NCBI GenBank assembly: GCA_951406725.2
Contig: OX597820.1
Span: 55,552,001-55,616,000, forward strand
Length of the DNA stretch: 64,000 nucleotides
Origin: Octopus vulgaris
Lineage: Eukaryota
Direction: 5' to 3'
The first letter of the stretch is position 1, and every line of letters starts with the position of its first letter. Below the pieces are notes generated by a model that had not been told where the DNA came from, searched no databases, and saw nothing but the letters and a program-made list of their open reading frames with translations. The translations under genes and the position numbers were made by a program. Positions 1-15,199 of this stretch are shown in pieces.

Positions 1-899
1 CGAGACCAAAATTTGAAATTGCCTCTTTATTCAGTCAGCTGCAAGTTAGTTCTGCTGTTATGGACATCATCTTTTGCAGAGTCTACGTTGACATTTTTAA
101 TTAGCAAGGTTTTCCCTTCCCATTATAACAACTAACACCATGCAGCCTTTGGTCAATTAATCATCCAATTAGTCAGTTGGCATCTCATTATTTTGCAGAA
201 AACAGAAAGTAGAAATTTTTTTTAATTTCCAAGTAAAAAGAAGCATGTTGAATTTGGTGTGACAGTTGACAAAAATAAACAAATAAATAAATATAAATGC
301 ATAAAAAAAATAGTCTTATTGTGTGGGGAGCGTTTATAAAATGTTTAAAAAAAACAAAAACAAAAGAAGGAAATAGTGTACAACTGTAAAAGTACAGTAA
401 AATGAAGGAATACTGTAAACCTCTATTAGACATAATATAAAAAACAAACATAAGGGATATTTTAAGAAAAAATGCTTGGCTATAAAACTAATCTATTGCC
501 CAATTTAATAGCCCCACCTGACCCTTGGTTGTTTTTTAGCAACATCTATGTAACGAGCGTTCAGAACAAGTATCTGGCCAGAGGATAACTTTTCCCCTTC
601 CTTCAACCAGCCTTGGAGATGCTGAAATGAGTCGGACACTGATATTTATGCTCTGATTAAGTGATAAAAAAATAGACTGCTTTGAAACCAGACCAACATC
701 ATTTAATAAAATTTTTATTCCATGTTATACTGCAGTGGCCCTCAGTCTTTTCTGCACCATGAACTGGTTTCATGCAAGACAATTTTTTCATAGACTAGGG
801 GATCACTCACATGACAAAACACAATAAAGTACATAACATGCAATTGAATTATTACATATATAATGCAAATGTAATTATTACATTGTATATTATGCACAA

Positions 900-1221
900 G
901 TGGAGGTGCAATGACCCAGTGGTTAGGGCAGCGCACTCGTGGTTGGAGGATCGCGGTTTCGATTCTCAGACTGGGCATTGTGTATTTATTGAGCGAAAAC
1001 ACCTAAAGCTCCACAAGGCTCTGGCAGGGGGTGGTGGCAACCCCTGTTGTACTCTTTTGCCCCAACTTTCTCTCATTCTCTCTTCCTGTTTCTTGAGTAA
1101 TGCTGCGATGGACTGGCGTCCCATCAAGCTGGGGGGGGGGCACATATACCACAGAAACCGGGAAACCGAGCCCATGAGCCTGGCCAGGCTTGAAAAGGGC
1201 ACATAAATAATAAAAAAAAAA
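900..1221 (+). mobile_element. Full-length tRNA-derived SINE with A-rich tail
   Basis: A box (tgacccagtggttag), B box (ggtttcgattctc), internal gcgatggactggcgtcccatc domain and A tail. Flanking direct repeat attatgca(c/t)aa is a probable TSD. Confidence 0.8.
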
Positions 1222-1329
1222 ATTATGCATAATATTTCTACTATTATTACATGATAATAGTTATAATACAACTAAGGCAGCAAGCTGGCAGAATTGTTAG
1301 CATGGGAGGGATTCTTTGGGGTTTGAATA

Positions 1330-1625
1330 AATGTAACAAAAGCAAAGTTTAAAGGAAATATTAGCCATTTTTCATAGTTTCTAGCAGTAAGCAAATAGGA
1401 AATAACAGTAGCTACACAAAGACAAAAATGTAATGGACTTAGCTTTATGAGAAACTGTACTGATGGTCATTAAGGAAAGAACAAGAACAACGTTACTGCA
1501 CAGCTAGAGTAAGAATGGTGAGGAAAATGTTCAAGAAGCTATTACCTCTGCTGGTAACAAAGGTATTCTCTCTCTGAATGAGGGAAAGATTACATAATAT
1601 TTGAATATGAAGTGTAATGTTGCAT
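1330..1625 (+). mobile_element. Highly decayed RTE LINE RT C-terminal remnant
   Basis: Resembles the RTE remnants at 25555-25920 and 39040-39440 (agaagctattacctctgctggtaacaaagg). Many stops. Confidence 0.45.
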
Positions 1626-2807
1626 ATTAACAAAACAAGAGCTGTGGCACTGAACCTAGAATCATGTGGTCAGGAATATCAAAAGTTTTGCAAAAAAAAA
1701 TAAAATAAAAACTTCATACAAACACAATATTCAAAGAAAGATTTTTTTTTGTTTTTAAAGTTAACTACATTAAGAAAAATTATGAAAAACAAAATGTCAC
1801 AAACTCCTGGGGAAGTTTTCATAGAGTGTTTTTGAAAAGTTGGACAATGAAAGCACTTACACACGAAATACCCACTATATACAAACTTCTTCTCTAAGGA
1901 TTTGTCACACTCTCCTTTTATACACGCACACATCATTGTCATCATCATCATTTGCTGACCTGAACCATCATTAAAAGTCCTTCCCAGAGCTTATAATACT
2001 ACATTACCACACCAATATTTGACACTTGAAACCTGAATTTCTGATGATACTAATTTATCGTTGGTGGTTCAAAGGAAAATTCTACTAAATGTATATACAC
2101 AAACACATACAAACACATATATAAGCAGATTTTACATGTGTATGTGTGTGTGGATGTAGTATGCATTAGGTGCATAAAATATATTACAAAATCTCTCCTA
2201 CTAAATGTAAGCAGCCATGCAGATCTCATTTAAGAACTTGGTCTGACTCTTGACCCTTCTCATAATTTAACCCCTTGTTCCCTGAGCATGCAGCTGACTC
2301 CACCCTATGTTCCCTAAAGTTCATAATAAGGCAAGCTGCATGACAACCACAGCAGTACGGGTGACACCGAAAAGTATTCTTACATGCAGTAAAGAGGTTA
2401 TGAAGGGCATCCAGCCATAGAATCCATGCCAAAGTAGTCCTTGGACTCATGAGATCCTGTCGAACTGTCCAGTCCATGCCAGCATGGAATATGTACATTA
2501 AATGATGATATACATATATGTATATTTATATATGTGCATGTGTGTGTGTGCATGTGTATAAATCTTTATGTGTGTGTGTGTGTATATAAATATATATATA
2601 TATGATGATGGTGATATATATATGTATACACGATATTAGTACACACCCAAAACTTTTGGGAGGCAGATACAGTTATGTAATTCTTTCTCTAAATGGATAA
2701 AACAGAACTTGGCAGGATTTGATTGATCTCAGGACACAAAGGTATATAATGTAAATAAAAACTGCAAAGAATTTAACCTGTTGTTCTACTGTTTCTTTCA
2801 CTATATT

Positions 2808-3224
2808 TAATTCTTTATTACCCACAAGGGGCTAAACATAGAGGGGACAAACAAGGACAGACAAAGGGATTAAGTCTATTACATCGACCCCAGTGCGTAA
2901 CTGATACTTATTTAATCGATCCCGAAAGGATAAAAGGCGAAGTTGACCTAGGCGGAATTTGAACTCGGAACATAGTGACAGATGAAATACCTATTTCTTT
3001 ACTACCCACAAGGGGCTAAACACAGAGGGGACAAACAGGGACAGACAAATGGATTAAGTCAATTATATCGACCCCAGTGCATAACTGGTACTTATTTAAT
3101 TGACCCCGAAAGGATGAAAGGCGAAGTCAACCTCGGCGGAATTTAAACTCAGAACGTAGCGGCAGACGAAATACTGCTAAGCATTTCACCTGGCGTGCTA
3201 ACGTTTCTGTCAGCTCGCCGCCTT
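2808..3224 (-). mobile_element. tRNA-derived SINE with tandemly duplicated 3' half
   Basis: Head aggcggcgagctgacagaaacgttagcacgcc on minus. 2810-2990 repeats 2992-3170. Same family at 47990-48221. Confidence 0.75.
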
Positions 3225-3885
3225 AGATTAACTATATATATTAACTTCGACTATATTAAAAACAAAATATTAACTAATTTATGATGATGATATTGCTGAT
3301 GATGAGTTATCACGATGGCCACGTGTAGTGTCCACGTGCAAGAAGCAAACAGTTGAAAAAGAGAGGGGGGAGGGAGGAAGAAACTAAAAACCCCACCATA
3401 AAATCCTTTTCTTGGTTTACTCATCAAATACTCACTCAATGCAAAACACAATGTCGAAATTTATTTGTCACCAAAAAAGAATGCAGCAAACTATACTTTT
3501 CGAAAGGTAAATAAGCTGGGACATTCAGGTAATATTTTTTACATTTTGAACACACAAACACATACAAAGCAAAACAAAACACAAATCCCCTGTATTCTTG
3601 TAGAACATTTCCGTGACTTCTTTTCTTAGAGAGTGGCATAATCGGTAGTGTGTCAAATGAAATAACTTGCAGTACCAGTTTTGTCTCTTTGAGTTTCGAT
3701 TTCAAATCTCCCTCAGGTCCTTTGTCTTTCAACATTCCAAGGTAAATAAAATAAAATGCCAGAACTTTATTTTTGAAGTCAGGTACTAAGTTACAGGAAC
3801 ATAAACAAGCCAACAATGGTTGCCGAATGGTACAAAGCAAAGAGACAGACACACACACTCACACACATGATATATACACACATAC

Positions 3886-4141
3886 ATGGTGGCACGTAAA
3901 AAGCACCATCCGAGCGTGGCCGTTCGCCAGCCTCGACTGGCACCTGTGTCGGTGGCACATAAAAAGCACCCACTACACTCACTGAGTGGTTGGCATTAGG
4001 AAGGGCATCCAGCTGTAGAAACACTGCCAGATCTGACTGGGCCTGGTGCAGCCTTCAGGCTTCCCAGACCCCAGTTGAACCGTCCTACCCATGCTAGCAT
4101 GGAAAGCGGACGTTAAACGATGATGATGATGATGATGATGA
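3886..4141 (+). mobile_element. 5'-truncated RTE LINE 3' UTR with (GAT)n tail
   Basis: Same sequence as the 3' UTR that follows the RTE ORF end at 42690-43501; ends cggacgttaaac(gat)n. Confidence 0.8.
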
Positions 4142-5164
4142 TATATGACGGGCTTTTTCAGTTTCTACCAAATCCACTCACAAGGCTTTGGTCAAACTGA
4201 GGCTGTGGTAGAAGACACTTGCCCAAAGTGCCATGCAATGGGACTGAACTCGGAATCATGCGGTTGGGAAGCAAGCTTCTTACCGCACAGCCACACCTAC
4301 GCCTATAGTAAGTGATATTGCTTTAAATTTCCTCTGTCTACCTGATATGCTTTACAGTACATTATAGTTTAGCCCCAGGTCAGTCCTGGTCCAGTGGACT
4401 TTGATGAAAAAATGTTTCAGTGTCACAATCCTTTATTCTTAGTTTTCCCTTTTATTATTATCCAATAAGTCCTTTTGTAAGAAAATAGAATGCGGTTTGA
4501 GTTAGTTGTAGCTACTTTTTTCACATGAATATAAGAATTTCAAAGAGCCTCACCTACTGGATCAACATCTTTTAGTTGGTGGTAAGGTAGGGGCACGTTA
4601 TCTTAAAACGTTGGTGATAACAAGTCCCCACCCTCCAAATGTTGGTGCTTAGAAAAAGAATCAGGTTTTCCTCCTTGAAACAAAATGTAAGGCATTTGTT
4701 GAGAAAGATTTTATATCCAACACTGTTTAAGTTAAATGGCTGTGAGAGAATCACTTGACCAGTTCACTTTACTTTCCATTCAATAAAAATCTAATACATG
4801 AAAACTGTATTAGTATAGATTTTGTCACCAAATCTATATTAGTCTGAAATAGCTTTGAAGAAGTCATTATACAATTACAGATGGTTAACACGAATATTGG
4901 GAAATTTATATGCATAAGAAGTAATTTATTTTTGTATGAGACAAGTAACAGAACGAGGTCAGTAGTCTTGTAAGATGAAGCATCATCATCATCATTAAGT
5001 GTCCATTTTCCATACTAGTATGAGATGGATGGTTTGACAGGAACTGGCAAGCCAGAAGGCTGCACTGGGTTCCACTGTCTGTTTTGGCATGGTTTTTATG
5101 GCTGGATGCTCTTCCTAATGCAAACCACCCTTCAGATTGGACTGAGTGCTCAGTTGAGTATGGA

Positions 5165-5403
5165 ACATCATCATCATTTAGCGTCCGCTTTCCATGCTAG
5201 CATGGGTTGGACGGTTCAACTGGGGTCTGGGAAGCCAGAAGGCTGCACCAGGCCCAGTCTGATCTAGCAATGTTTCTACGGCTGGATGCCCTTCCTAACG
5301 CCAACCACTCCGTGAGTGTAGTGGGCGCTTTTTACGTGCCACCGGCACAGGTGCCAGACGGGGCTGGCAAACGGCCACAGTCGGATGGTGCTTTTTACGT
5401 GCC
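5165..5403 (-). mobile_element. RTE 3' UTR fragment
   Basis: (cat)n followed by the reverse-complemented RTE terminus. Confidence 0.75.
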
Positions 5404-5440
5404 AATATATAATAATAACAAACATAATGTATGTAAAGAT

Positions 5441-5662
5441 ATACAAAGAGGCGCTGAAAAGTTTCTGGCTTTAAGGGTATTGCAAAAAACCTGGTTGGAG
5501 TTGCAACCTTCATGAGTTGTTTTACACGATCAAAAAAAATGAAGGATCACTGCAATAAGTGTGTGAATCTGAGAGGGGAATATGTTGAATAAAACCATAA
5601 ATAACTGGTCCTTTGTATTTTCTTGTACCTGAAGCCAGAAACTTTTCAGCCCCATCACTGTA
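5441..5662. mobile_element. Mariner-derived MITE
   Basis: Inverted repeats gctgaaaagtttctggctt ... aagccagaaacttttcagc, with TA at both ends. Confidence 0.7.
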
Positions 5663-6189
5663 TATCTGTAACTAGTTTTACTAGAAGTACAACTTGTCAT
5701 GTATTAGTTAGTCTATACAGTTCTGAATCCTGGACAAGTTACAGTTATAGATATGGATTATATACCATTTAATGTTCATTTCCATGCTGGCATGGGTTAG
5801 ACAGGCCATCAGCATCCAATTCAGTTCTTATTCAGAGTTACTGCCCTACTAGAGGTGTCAGAGAACCATGCCTTCCTTGTACATGCAACTTTTGTCATGA
5901 TTTTTTTTATGACTGGATATATTTCCTAGCATTAACCATTTTGCAGAGTGATTTTATCATGGAACCATTACTAGAGAGGTTGTTTCATTTTTGGCAAGAC
6001 TAGAGGATCCTCTCTACCTAGGTTTTTTTCAGCTCACTAGAATACCCAAACCATCAATAATGATGGCAGATGTTTAACTAAAGTATGTGATAATTATATT
6101 TCAGTTTATATGTATGAATTTTCAATGTTTCCAACTGAAGATATTGTTGAAAAATGTATACAATGAAAGTTGTTCATGAGAGTATGAGA

Positions 6190-6720
6190 ATCATCATCAT
6201 CATCATCATCATCGTTTAACGTCCGCTTTCCATGCTAGCATGGGTTGGACGGTTCAACTGGGGTCTGGCAAGCTCGAAGGCTGCACCAGGCCAGTCAGAT
6301 CTGGCAGTGTTTCTACAGCTGGATGCCCTTCCTAACGCCAACCACTCCGAGAGTGTAGTGGGTGATTTTATGTGCCACCGACACAGGTGCCAGGCGAGGC
6401 TGGCAGACGGCCACGCTCAGATGGTGTTTTTATGTGCCACCGACACAGGTGCCAGACGAGGCTGGCAGACAGCCACGCTCGGATGGTGTTTTTATGTGCC
6501 ACCGACACAGGTGCCAGACGAGGCTGGCGAATGGCCACGCTCGGATGGTGTTTGTTACGTGCCCTCAGCACGGAGGCCAGTCGATGCAGTACTGGCTACG
6601 GTCACGCTCGGATGGTTTTCTTATGTGCCACCGGCACTGGTACCACAAGGATACAAATTCCATTGATGTTCATCTATTTTGATTTGGTTTGATTTGATTT
6701 GATTTGATTTGATTGATTTG
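6190..6720 (-). mobile_element. RTE 3' UTR containing an internal ~62 bp tandem array
   Basis: (cat)n start. Unit atggtgtttttatgtgccaccgacacaggtgccag... begins at 6421, 6483 and 6545. Confidence 0.8.
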
Positions 6721-7323
6721 GTAAATAAAAATTCCAAAATAACAGGAAAATAAGAAAATGATATTTACCACTCTCAAAATATTATACAGGTTTTATTACT
6801 TTTAACATGTATGACATGTTGTAGTCACTGATTTACTTGCTATTCCACATTGTTATTTTTTGCAGTAATCTTCTATCTAATTTTACAAATGTTTACAAAC
6901 ATGACCAGACATGTTTTCACAGAATAATGAAAATGAATAACATTGCTTGTATGACAGTGATAATTTTTTACAACTATCACATGATGTCAAATCAAGGAAG
7001 CACAAACATACATATACGTGATGGGATTCTTTCAGTTTCCACCTACCAAATCCACTCACAAGGCTTTGTTCAGCCCAGGGTTATAGTAGTAGACACTTGT
7101 TCAATGTGCCATGTACTGAGACTGAACCCATAAAATGTTGTTGGGAAAATTCTTGCCACATAGTCATGCCTGCCTGCACATAATTTATACAACTATATCT
7201 ATACGCATATATAAATTTGTATATCTTTCTATTCAAATTTTAAGCACAATTAAACTGGAAATTTTCAAAGTATTTACCACACTACTGCACATACCAATGC
7301 ATGACTCCTATTTTGATATATTA

Positions 7324-8244
7324 CAAGGATAAGTCAAAAATTATATGCACTCATTTCTGTAACCTATTAAAACAAAAGTTGGGGTTGAGCAATTATTGTT
7401 TTTCAACATAGTCTACTTTTTCATGCACTCCTTCTAGTTGTCCACAAGCTTGCTTATTCCATTGGAGATGAAGGTTTTTGGCAAGGTTTTTGGATGGTTG
7501 CATATTCTTTTATACCATGCTTCCTGCCCTTCTTCATCTGTAGCAAATCGACAACCTGGTAACGGATGTTTGAGTAGTCCAAAGAGGTGATCGTTGGAAG
7601 TGGAGAGATCTGGGCTGTATAAAGTGCATTCCAACAACTCCAAACCTAATTTTTCAATGCTAATTGAATCTTCATGTCAGTGGTGAGTCCTGCTCCCTTT
7701 TCATGCTTCAAGCTTGTCCAGCTGTATTTAACCCTTTTGTTACCATATTTCTGTTGAGATGCTCTGTGTTTCTTTCAATTAATTTTAAATATAATAAAGA
7801 ATTAAGTAAAATAACTTAGTTATCATTAGGGTAGTGTTAGGAACATAAATTGTGACTAAGATTTGGTGGAAGATTTTAATTCAGAACTTTTGAAAACAAG
7901 ACATTTGTATTCCAGAGCCAGAGGCGGTTTCAGCCATACTCACTTCTACATGATAGAGAGCATTGCTCCCATATTGTACTGAAAGCTAGCAACGAATTTC
8001 AGCAACTGACAGACCTTCAAACTAGAGAAACTGGATCACTGATCTCTCTTCTTCTTTAGTGCACACTGCCAGCAGAGAGGCCATTTTTACTTTGTAACAC
8101 AACAAAGAAAACTGGAGCGATCAAGCTCAAACCCATGTTACGTACCACAAAAGTACCATCTTTCAGCACCAGAACACTGAAGGTAGTTCGGCCAAGTTAA
8201 AGAAAGTTTGGGCAAAAGTGCAGATAAGTTTTGACTTACCCTTA
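7324..8244 (-). mobile_element. Internally deleted mariner with a nested truncated piggyBac-type MITE (7732-~7935)
   Basis: TIRs TA-caaggataagtcaaaaattatatgcac and gtgcagataagttttgacttaccctta-TA. ORF 7434..7643 carries the mariner motif YSPDLSTSNDHLFG.LK. Confidence 0.8.
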
Positions 8245-9740
8245 TATTCTATACTGAAGCGATATTATAGTATTCTATACTAAAACAATATGGCTTCTAA
8301 AAAAATAAAAAGATACAAACTGTAATAAATGACAGATTCAGAATGTTCCAAGAGACATAACATGACATGATGGAAAAACCAGTGAAAAGACATTGTTAAT
8401 ATAACACGTCAGTCGTTTGGGATGAATAAGACATTCCTTTCCATTCAAAAGAAAACTTCATAGTTTCAATGAAGAAAGCTGGTCATGTCATCATGCCAAG
8501 ATAAAGTGTGGTTGGGCAGAAAGACAAAATATGATAAATATGATAACAGACAAAAATAAGCAAAACAAGAACTCCTGAGACAGATTTAATGACTTTACAT
8601 TTTTTCTTTTACAAATCATACACTCGCACACAGACACACTGACACACAAATACATACACACACACACATACATATTGGATCAAATACACTACCTTAAAAA
8701 ATATAGTTTTTTTGACATTGACATAGGAATTTGCATCTTTTATCTTTTAATCTTTTATTTCAGTTATTACACTGCGATCATGCTGGAAGACCACTCCGAA
8801 GGGTTTAGTCAAATAATCACCTTCAGTACATATTTTTAAAGTCTGGTAACTATTTTTACAGCTTTTTTTGAAAAACTTAGTTATGGGGGACATAAACAAA
8901 CCAACACTGGTTGTCAAAGGGTAGTGGGGGACAAACACAAACACAAAGACACACACATATATCTTCTCTTTTACTTGTTTGTCATTAGACCGTGGCCATG
9001 TTGGGGTACTGCCTTGAAGAGTTTTTCGTCAAACAAATTGACCCCAATGCTCTTTTTCTTAAGCCTGATACTTATTCTGTTGGTATCTTTTACCAAACTA
9101 GTAAGTTGTGGGGATGTAAACAAACCAACACCAGTTGTCAAGTGATGGTGGTGATGGTGATGGACAAACACAGACACAAAGACACACATGATGAGCATTT
9201 TTCAGTTTCAGTCTACCAAATCCACTCAGAAGACCGGTCAGGCCCGAGGCTATAGTAGGGACCGGACCTGGAACCATGTGGTTGGGAAGCAAGCACATTA
9301 CAGCACATTGCTGCATTTGTTGGTAATTGCTTAGGTCATCTCAAGCAGCCCTTTGAGCAGTGACCCAGTCAGTCCCCATCTCTGCAAGACACTTTCTCAT
9401 CCACTGTTACCAGGTTGCATGTGCCCAACAAACACAAATCATCACCCCAGCTTGATCCCCAAAGAAGAGAGCACAATGTATGAAATCCAACTCAGAAAAC
9501 TGAGAAACACTACCAAACAGTCTGAATCATACAAGTAAACTTTTGAATCATACAAGTAAGAGGAAATATCCTGGATTCTTAGTATTGTTGTTGGCTGGTT
9601 ATGAAATCCAACCAATGGTAATGATGATAGAGAAATGAAATAAAAAAGAAATTTGTTTACAATTTTACAGTTAACAGAGCATAACAGTGACTCATTAAGA
9701 AACACAACCATGCCCCACACACACATACACTTCAACATAT

Positions 9741-10240
<500 letters not shown>

Positions 10241-10661
10241 ATATTTATATATATATAGATATGGCTGTTTGATCTGAGAAAACTAGATTTCACCTAGCCT
10301 TTATACATGAAGAACACAATAATGTAATCACACACACACACAAAAAAAATAGTCATAGCATGGTCATGTGGAAAATATGCATAGTCACTTATAAACACTG
10401 CTAGCAGATCAAATAGAAACACTACCTCAATGTAGCTATTGGTCTCAGTCTGAGTACTTTATCTTACTATTTCACTAATTATCTACAGTACACACACACA
10501 AACACACACTCTTTCTCCCTCTCTACCTGTTTATATACATGATTTCATATACTCTCTAAAAGTGAATGCATTGATGAACAAGGTGGTGTCCCAAAAAGTC
10601 AAACCTCCAAAGATGAATGCTACAACCATCTCAGTATTGACAAAATTATGAATGTATGTGT

Positions 10662-10735
<74 letters not shown>

Positions 10736-10739
10736 GTAA

Positions 10740-11962
<1,223 letters not shown>

Positions 11963-12044
11963 TATGTACACATATATATGCATATATATATATATATACA
12001 TATACACACATATATACATACACATGTGTATATATACACACATA

Positions 12045-12691
12045 TTTGTTTGGCATCCTTTCTGTCTCGGGAGACAATGGAGTTGCGCTTTTTTTTTTTT
12101 TTTTTTTTTTCTAGGTCTAGTCCGGCTGTTATATTTTATTTCCTGTTACATTTCTTGCCCGCTTTTCGAGTCGTACTCTTAGCTCCAAGCACCCAATGGA
12201 ACAGGCGGCTTGTGGCGGGTCAGCACCTTATTAACTGGGGGCTGCCCAGCTTGAGGTGGGCAGTAGTTAACCAATAGGACACGGAAGTCCCTCCCACCGG
12301 CAGAGGTAACCCGTAGCGTCCATATTTTACGCCAATCTGAATGGACTTATCACTCGTAACTGTTACCTCCCGTGTTGTTTCTGCAGCTTTTTACAGCAGC
12401 ACTGAAGTGTCCTCTCCAGTTTTGCGCAGGCCTGGGCTATAGATAAGAAAGTCCTGGGTAGCCCAATCGTCAGGTTTCCTCTCTCGACCTTGCTGATGTA
12501 GTCCAGTGGAGTGCAGTGCATTACGTTTGGCACCAGCTTGGTTGCAGGAGCTGCCGGAAGAGTGTCGAATCGAACACTAGACTGCCTTCGGGGCTCCACT
12601 CCGGATTTCATTGAAGGTTGTCTCCTTTCCGTAACCCTGGATAGGGGCCCATACCGGGTACTGTCAGCCGGAGCCAGCTGAGCCCGGAACT

Positions 12692-12695
<4 letters not shown>
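12045..12695 (-). mobile_element. Short GC-rich non-autonomous RTE-like element
   Basis: Minus strand ends ccattgtctcccgagacagaaaggatgccaaac, which resembles an RTE 3' end. No RT. CpGs retained. Sits in microsatellite. Confidence 0.55.
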
Positions 12696-12765
<70 letters not shown>

Positions 12766-12790
12766 TATACATATATATATATATATACAT

Positions 12791-12827
<37 letters not shown>

Positions 12828-12867
12828 TACATATATATATATATGTTTATATATACATACATACACA

Positions 12868-13310
12868 CATCATCATCATCATCGTTTAACGTCCATTTTC
12901 TATGCTAGCATGGGTTGGATGGTTTGACCGGGGTCTGGGAAGCCAGGATGCTGCACCAGGCTCCAGTCTGATCTGGCAGTGTTTTTACAGCTGGATGCCC
13001 TTCCTAACGCCAACCACTCTGTGAGTGTAGTGGGTGCTTTTTACATGCCACCGGCACAGATGCCATGGGAGGCTGGCAACGGCCACAATCGGTTGGTGCT
13101 TTTTACGTGCTAGCCGCACAGACGCCAGTCAAGGTGGTACTGGCATCATTCACGTTTAGATGGTACTTTTTACGTGCCACCGGCAAGAGTACCACAACTA
13201 CAATTTCCATTTGATTTTTATTTTGATGTTGATGTACTTGACTCAATAGGTCTCCTCAAGCACAGCAGGCCGTCCTACGATCCAAGGTACTTTGGATGGG
13301 CTGGGGCTGC
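12868..13310 (-). mobile_element. RTE 3' UTR fragment
   Basis: (cat)n tail plus family sequence. Confidence 0.8.
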
Positions 13311-15199
13311 TACACACACACACACACGTTCAGATAAGCACATACACATATACATGCATTCAGAGAAGCATGCAAGCATATACACACACACACACCACTT
13401 TAGCCATTTCTTGCAAGTGAGAATGTGAGAATGATTGAATAGCCTGTACCATGCATTAGCTAACTGCTTCAGGTACTTACATGGTTGAGAGCAGACATAG
13501 ATACACTCTTGGCCCTACCATCCTCGTCACAACAGAACACTGAAGATGTGACTGTTAGAGAGAGGAATGGCTGTACTAACACTCAGTTGGTACTCATTTT
13601 CAGTGAAGTAGCCTGGAGCAACACAAAGTGATCTGTCTTGCACAGAAAAATAGCATGAACACCCAGCCGAGGAATCAAATTCATTACCATCCCATCAGCT
13701 TCACACACACATACACAGACACACAGACATGTACACAGACACATACACACACACACCTCTTTCGCATATTCAGATTCAAGGAACTGTCTTGGCTTAAACA
13801 ATAAAGGTTTGTCACTTTGTTAAAGAGTGGCTTAGATTCTACAAAGAACTTAACTAAATTTCAAAGAAATATACTAACAAACATGCACAACACACACACA
13901 TATAAATATAAGCATACATACACACACACACACACTTACAAACTGCAAGAATTGTCTTTAATAGCCTTTTTCACTCAGATAATGAGCTGGTTGAATTCTG
14001 TGAAAAAGAACCTAAATATATTTCAATGAAAAACATCATAAACACACACACATGTGAGTGCCCACACACATACACACACACATACATACATACATATACA
14101 CTTATGCATGCACACTAACACAAGCATTTATACACACACATATGCTCGTGCACACGTTATTCTTGGTGATTCAGTTAGAAGTGGAATGAACTTAAATAAA
14201 ACCAGGTACTCAATACATCAAGAAGAAGATAGAATAATTCATATAATGAGAAGTACACATTGTAAAGTAGTTGGCATTAGGATGTTCAACCAGCCTTAGA
14301 AACCATGGCAAACCTGACAAACCATCCACTCTAAGCCAGCAGGAAACATGGACAGATAATGATAATGATGATGGTGGTGGTGGTGGTGATGATGATGAAG
14401 ATGAAGTAGCTCTTACAGAAGTGGTACTGTTTCATTCATAAAGAATTCATCTGCAAGACGCTACTATGTGTCTGTGGTTAAGCGGGTTTGGACAGAACTA
14501 GTTGATTGGCAGTTATAGGTGTTGCAATTTAGTTGGTATAAAGAGGTTTGCATACCACATGATGGTTAGGTCCGCATTACCCCACAAGGAGCATGGGGCC
14601 AGTTTCCCAGTATTTCTGGTATATATATTCCTCCCCGGATGGGATGCCAGTCCATCACAAAATTACTCATTTTTACCTGCTGAGTGAACTGGAGCAACAG
14701 CATAGTCCAGGAATCGAAACCACAATCTTGCGATCATGAGTCCAACACTCTAACCACCATACTATGCACATCCACACAAAGAATATGATGCCTCACAGTT
14801 TTTGTGATGACTTTCTGCCCTTCCAGAGTCAACTCTGCCTTTCATGTTTTAAAGTTTGATAAAAATAGGATCAAGATCAATTCAAGACTATGGAATGGCA
14901 GAATTGTTAGTGTTGGACAAGATGCTTTATAGAATCAGTAATGGCTCTTTGCATTCTGAAGGCAACAAGAGTGTGCCAAGTGATATCATATCATGACATG
15001 ATGTCACTTGGCACCAAGAAAGGGATGGTGAAGGGACACTTGCATGCATAGGCAATGGGTAGTCTTCCACAAAAAAACTTGGCTGGTTTGTGCATCATGC
15101 TCAACTTTAACCAACTGTAGTCCTGGACACACACAGACACACGTGTGCATGCATGCACACATACTCACACATGTACATGCATACACACACATGTATGTG

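Noticed and set aside
1-540. Possible Tc1-like 5' end and TIR
   Set aside because: Too decayed and cut by the window edge to support a call.
900-975. tRNA-like sequences (also ~57905-57985 and ~25922-26105)
   Set aside because: SINE heads: no proper cloverleaf, and they continue into repeat bodies and tails.
3436-3858. 140 aa ORF containing GMLK...LQVI
   Set aside because: No acceptor at the needed position and no convincing homology.
6030-6085. Minus-strand IIIDGL matching the expected next SRBD1 exon
   Set aside because: In-frame stops lie just upstream and downstream, and there is no phase-compatible acceptor.
6360-6610. Regularly spaced ~62 bp repeats resembling a CRISPR array
   Set aside because: Whole units repeat with no unique spacers; the array is internal to a eukaryotic LINE UTR and there are no cas genes.
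6232-6692. Recurrent ORFs with [22 protein letters not shown] peptides
   Set aside because: Translations of the RTE 3' UTR family in arbitrary frames.
13757-13838. Possible exon KSKPLFNKVTNLYCLSQDSSLNLNMRK
   Set aside because: The donor is only a GT microsatellite, and similarity to SRBD1 is limited to KPLF.
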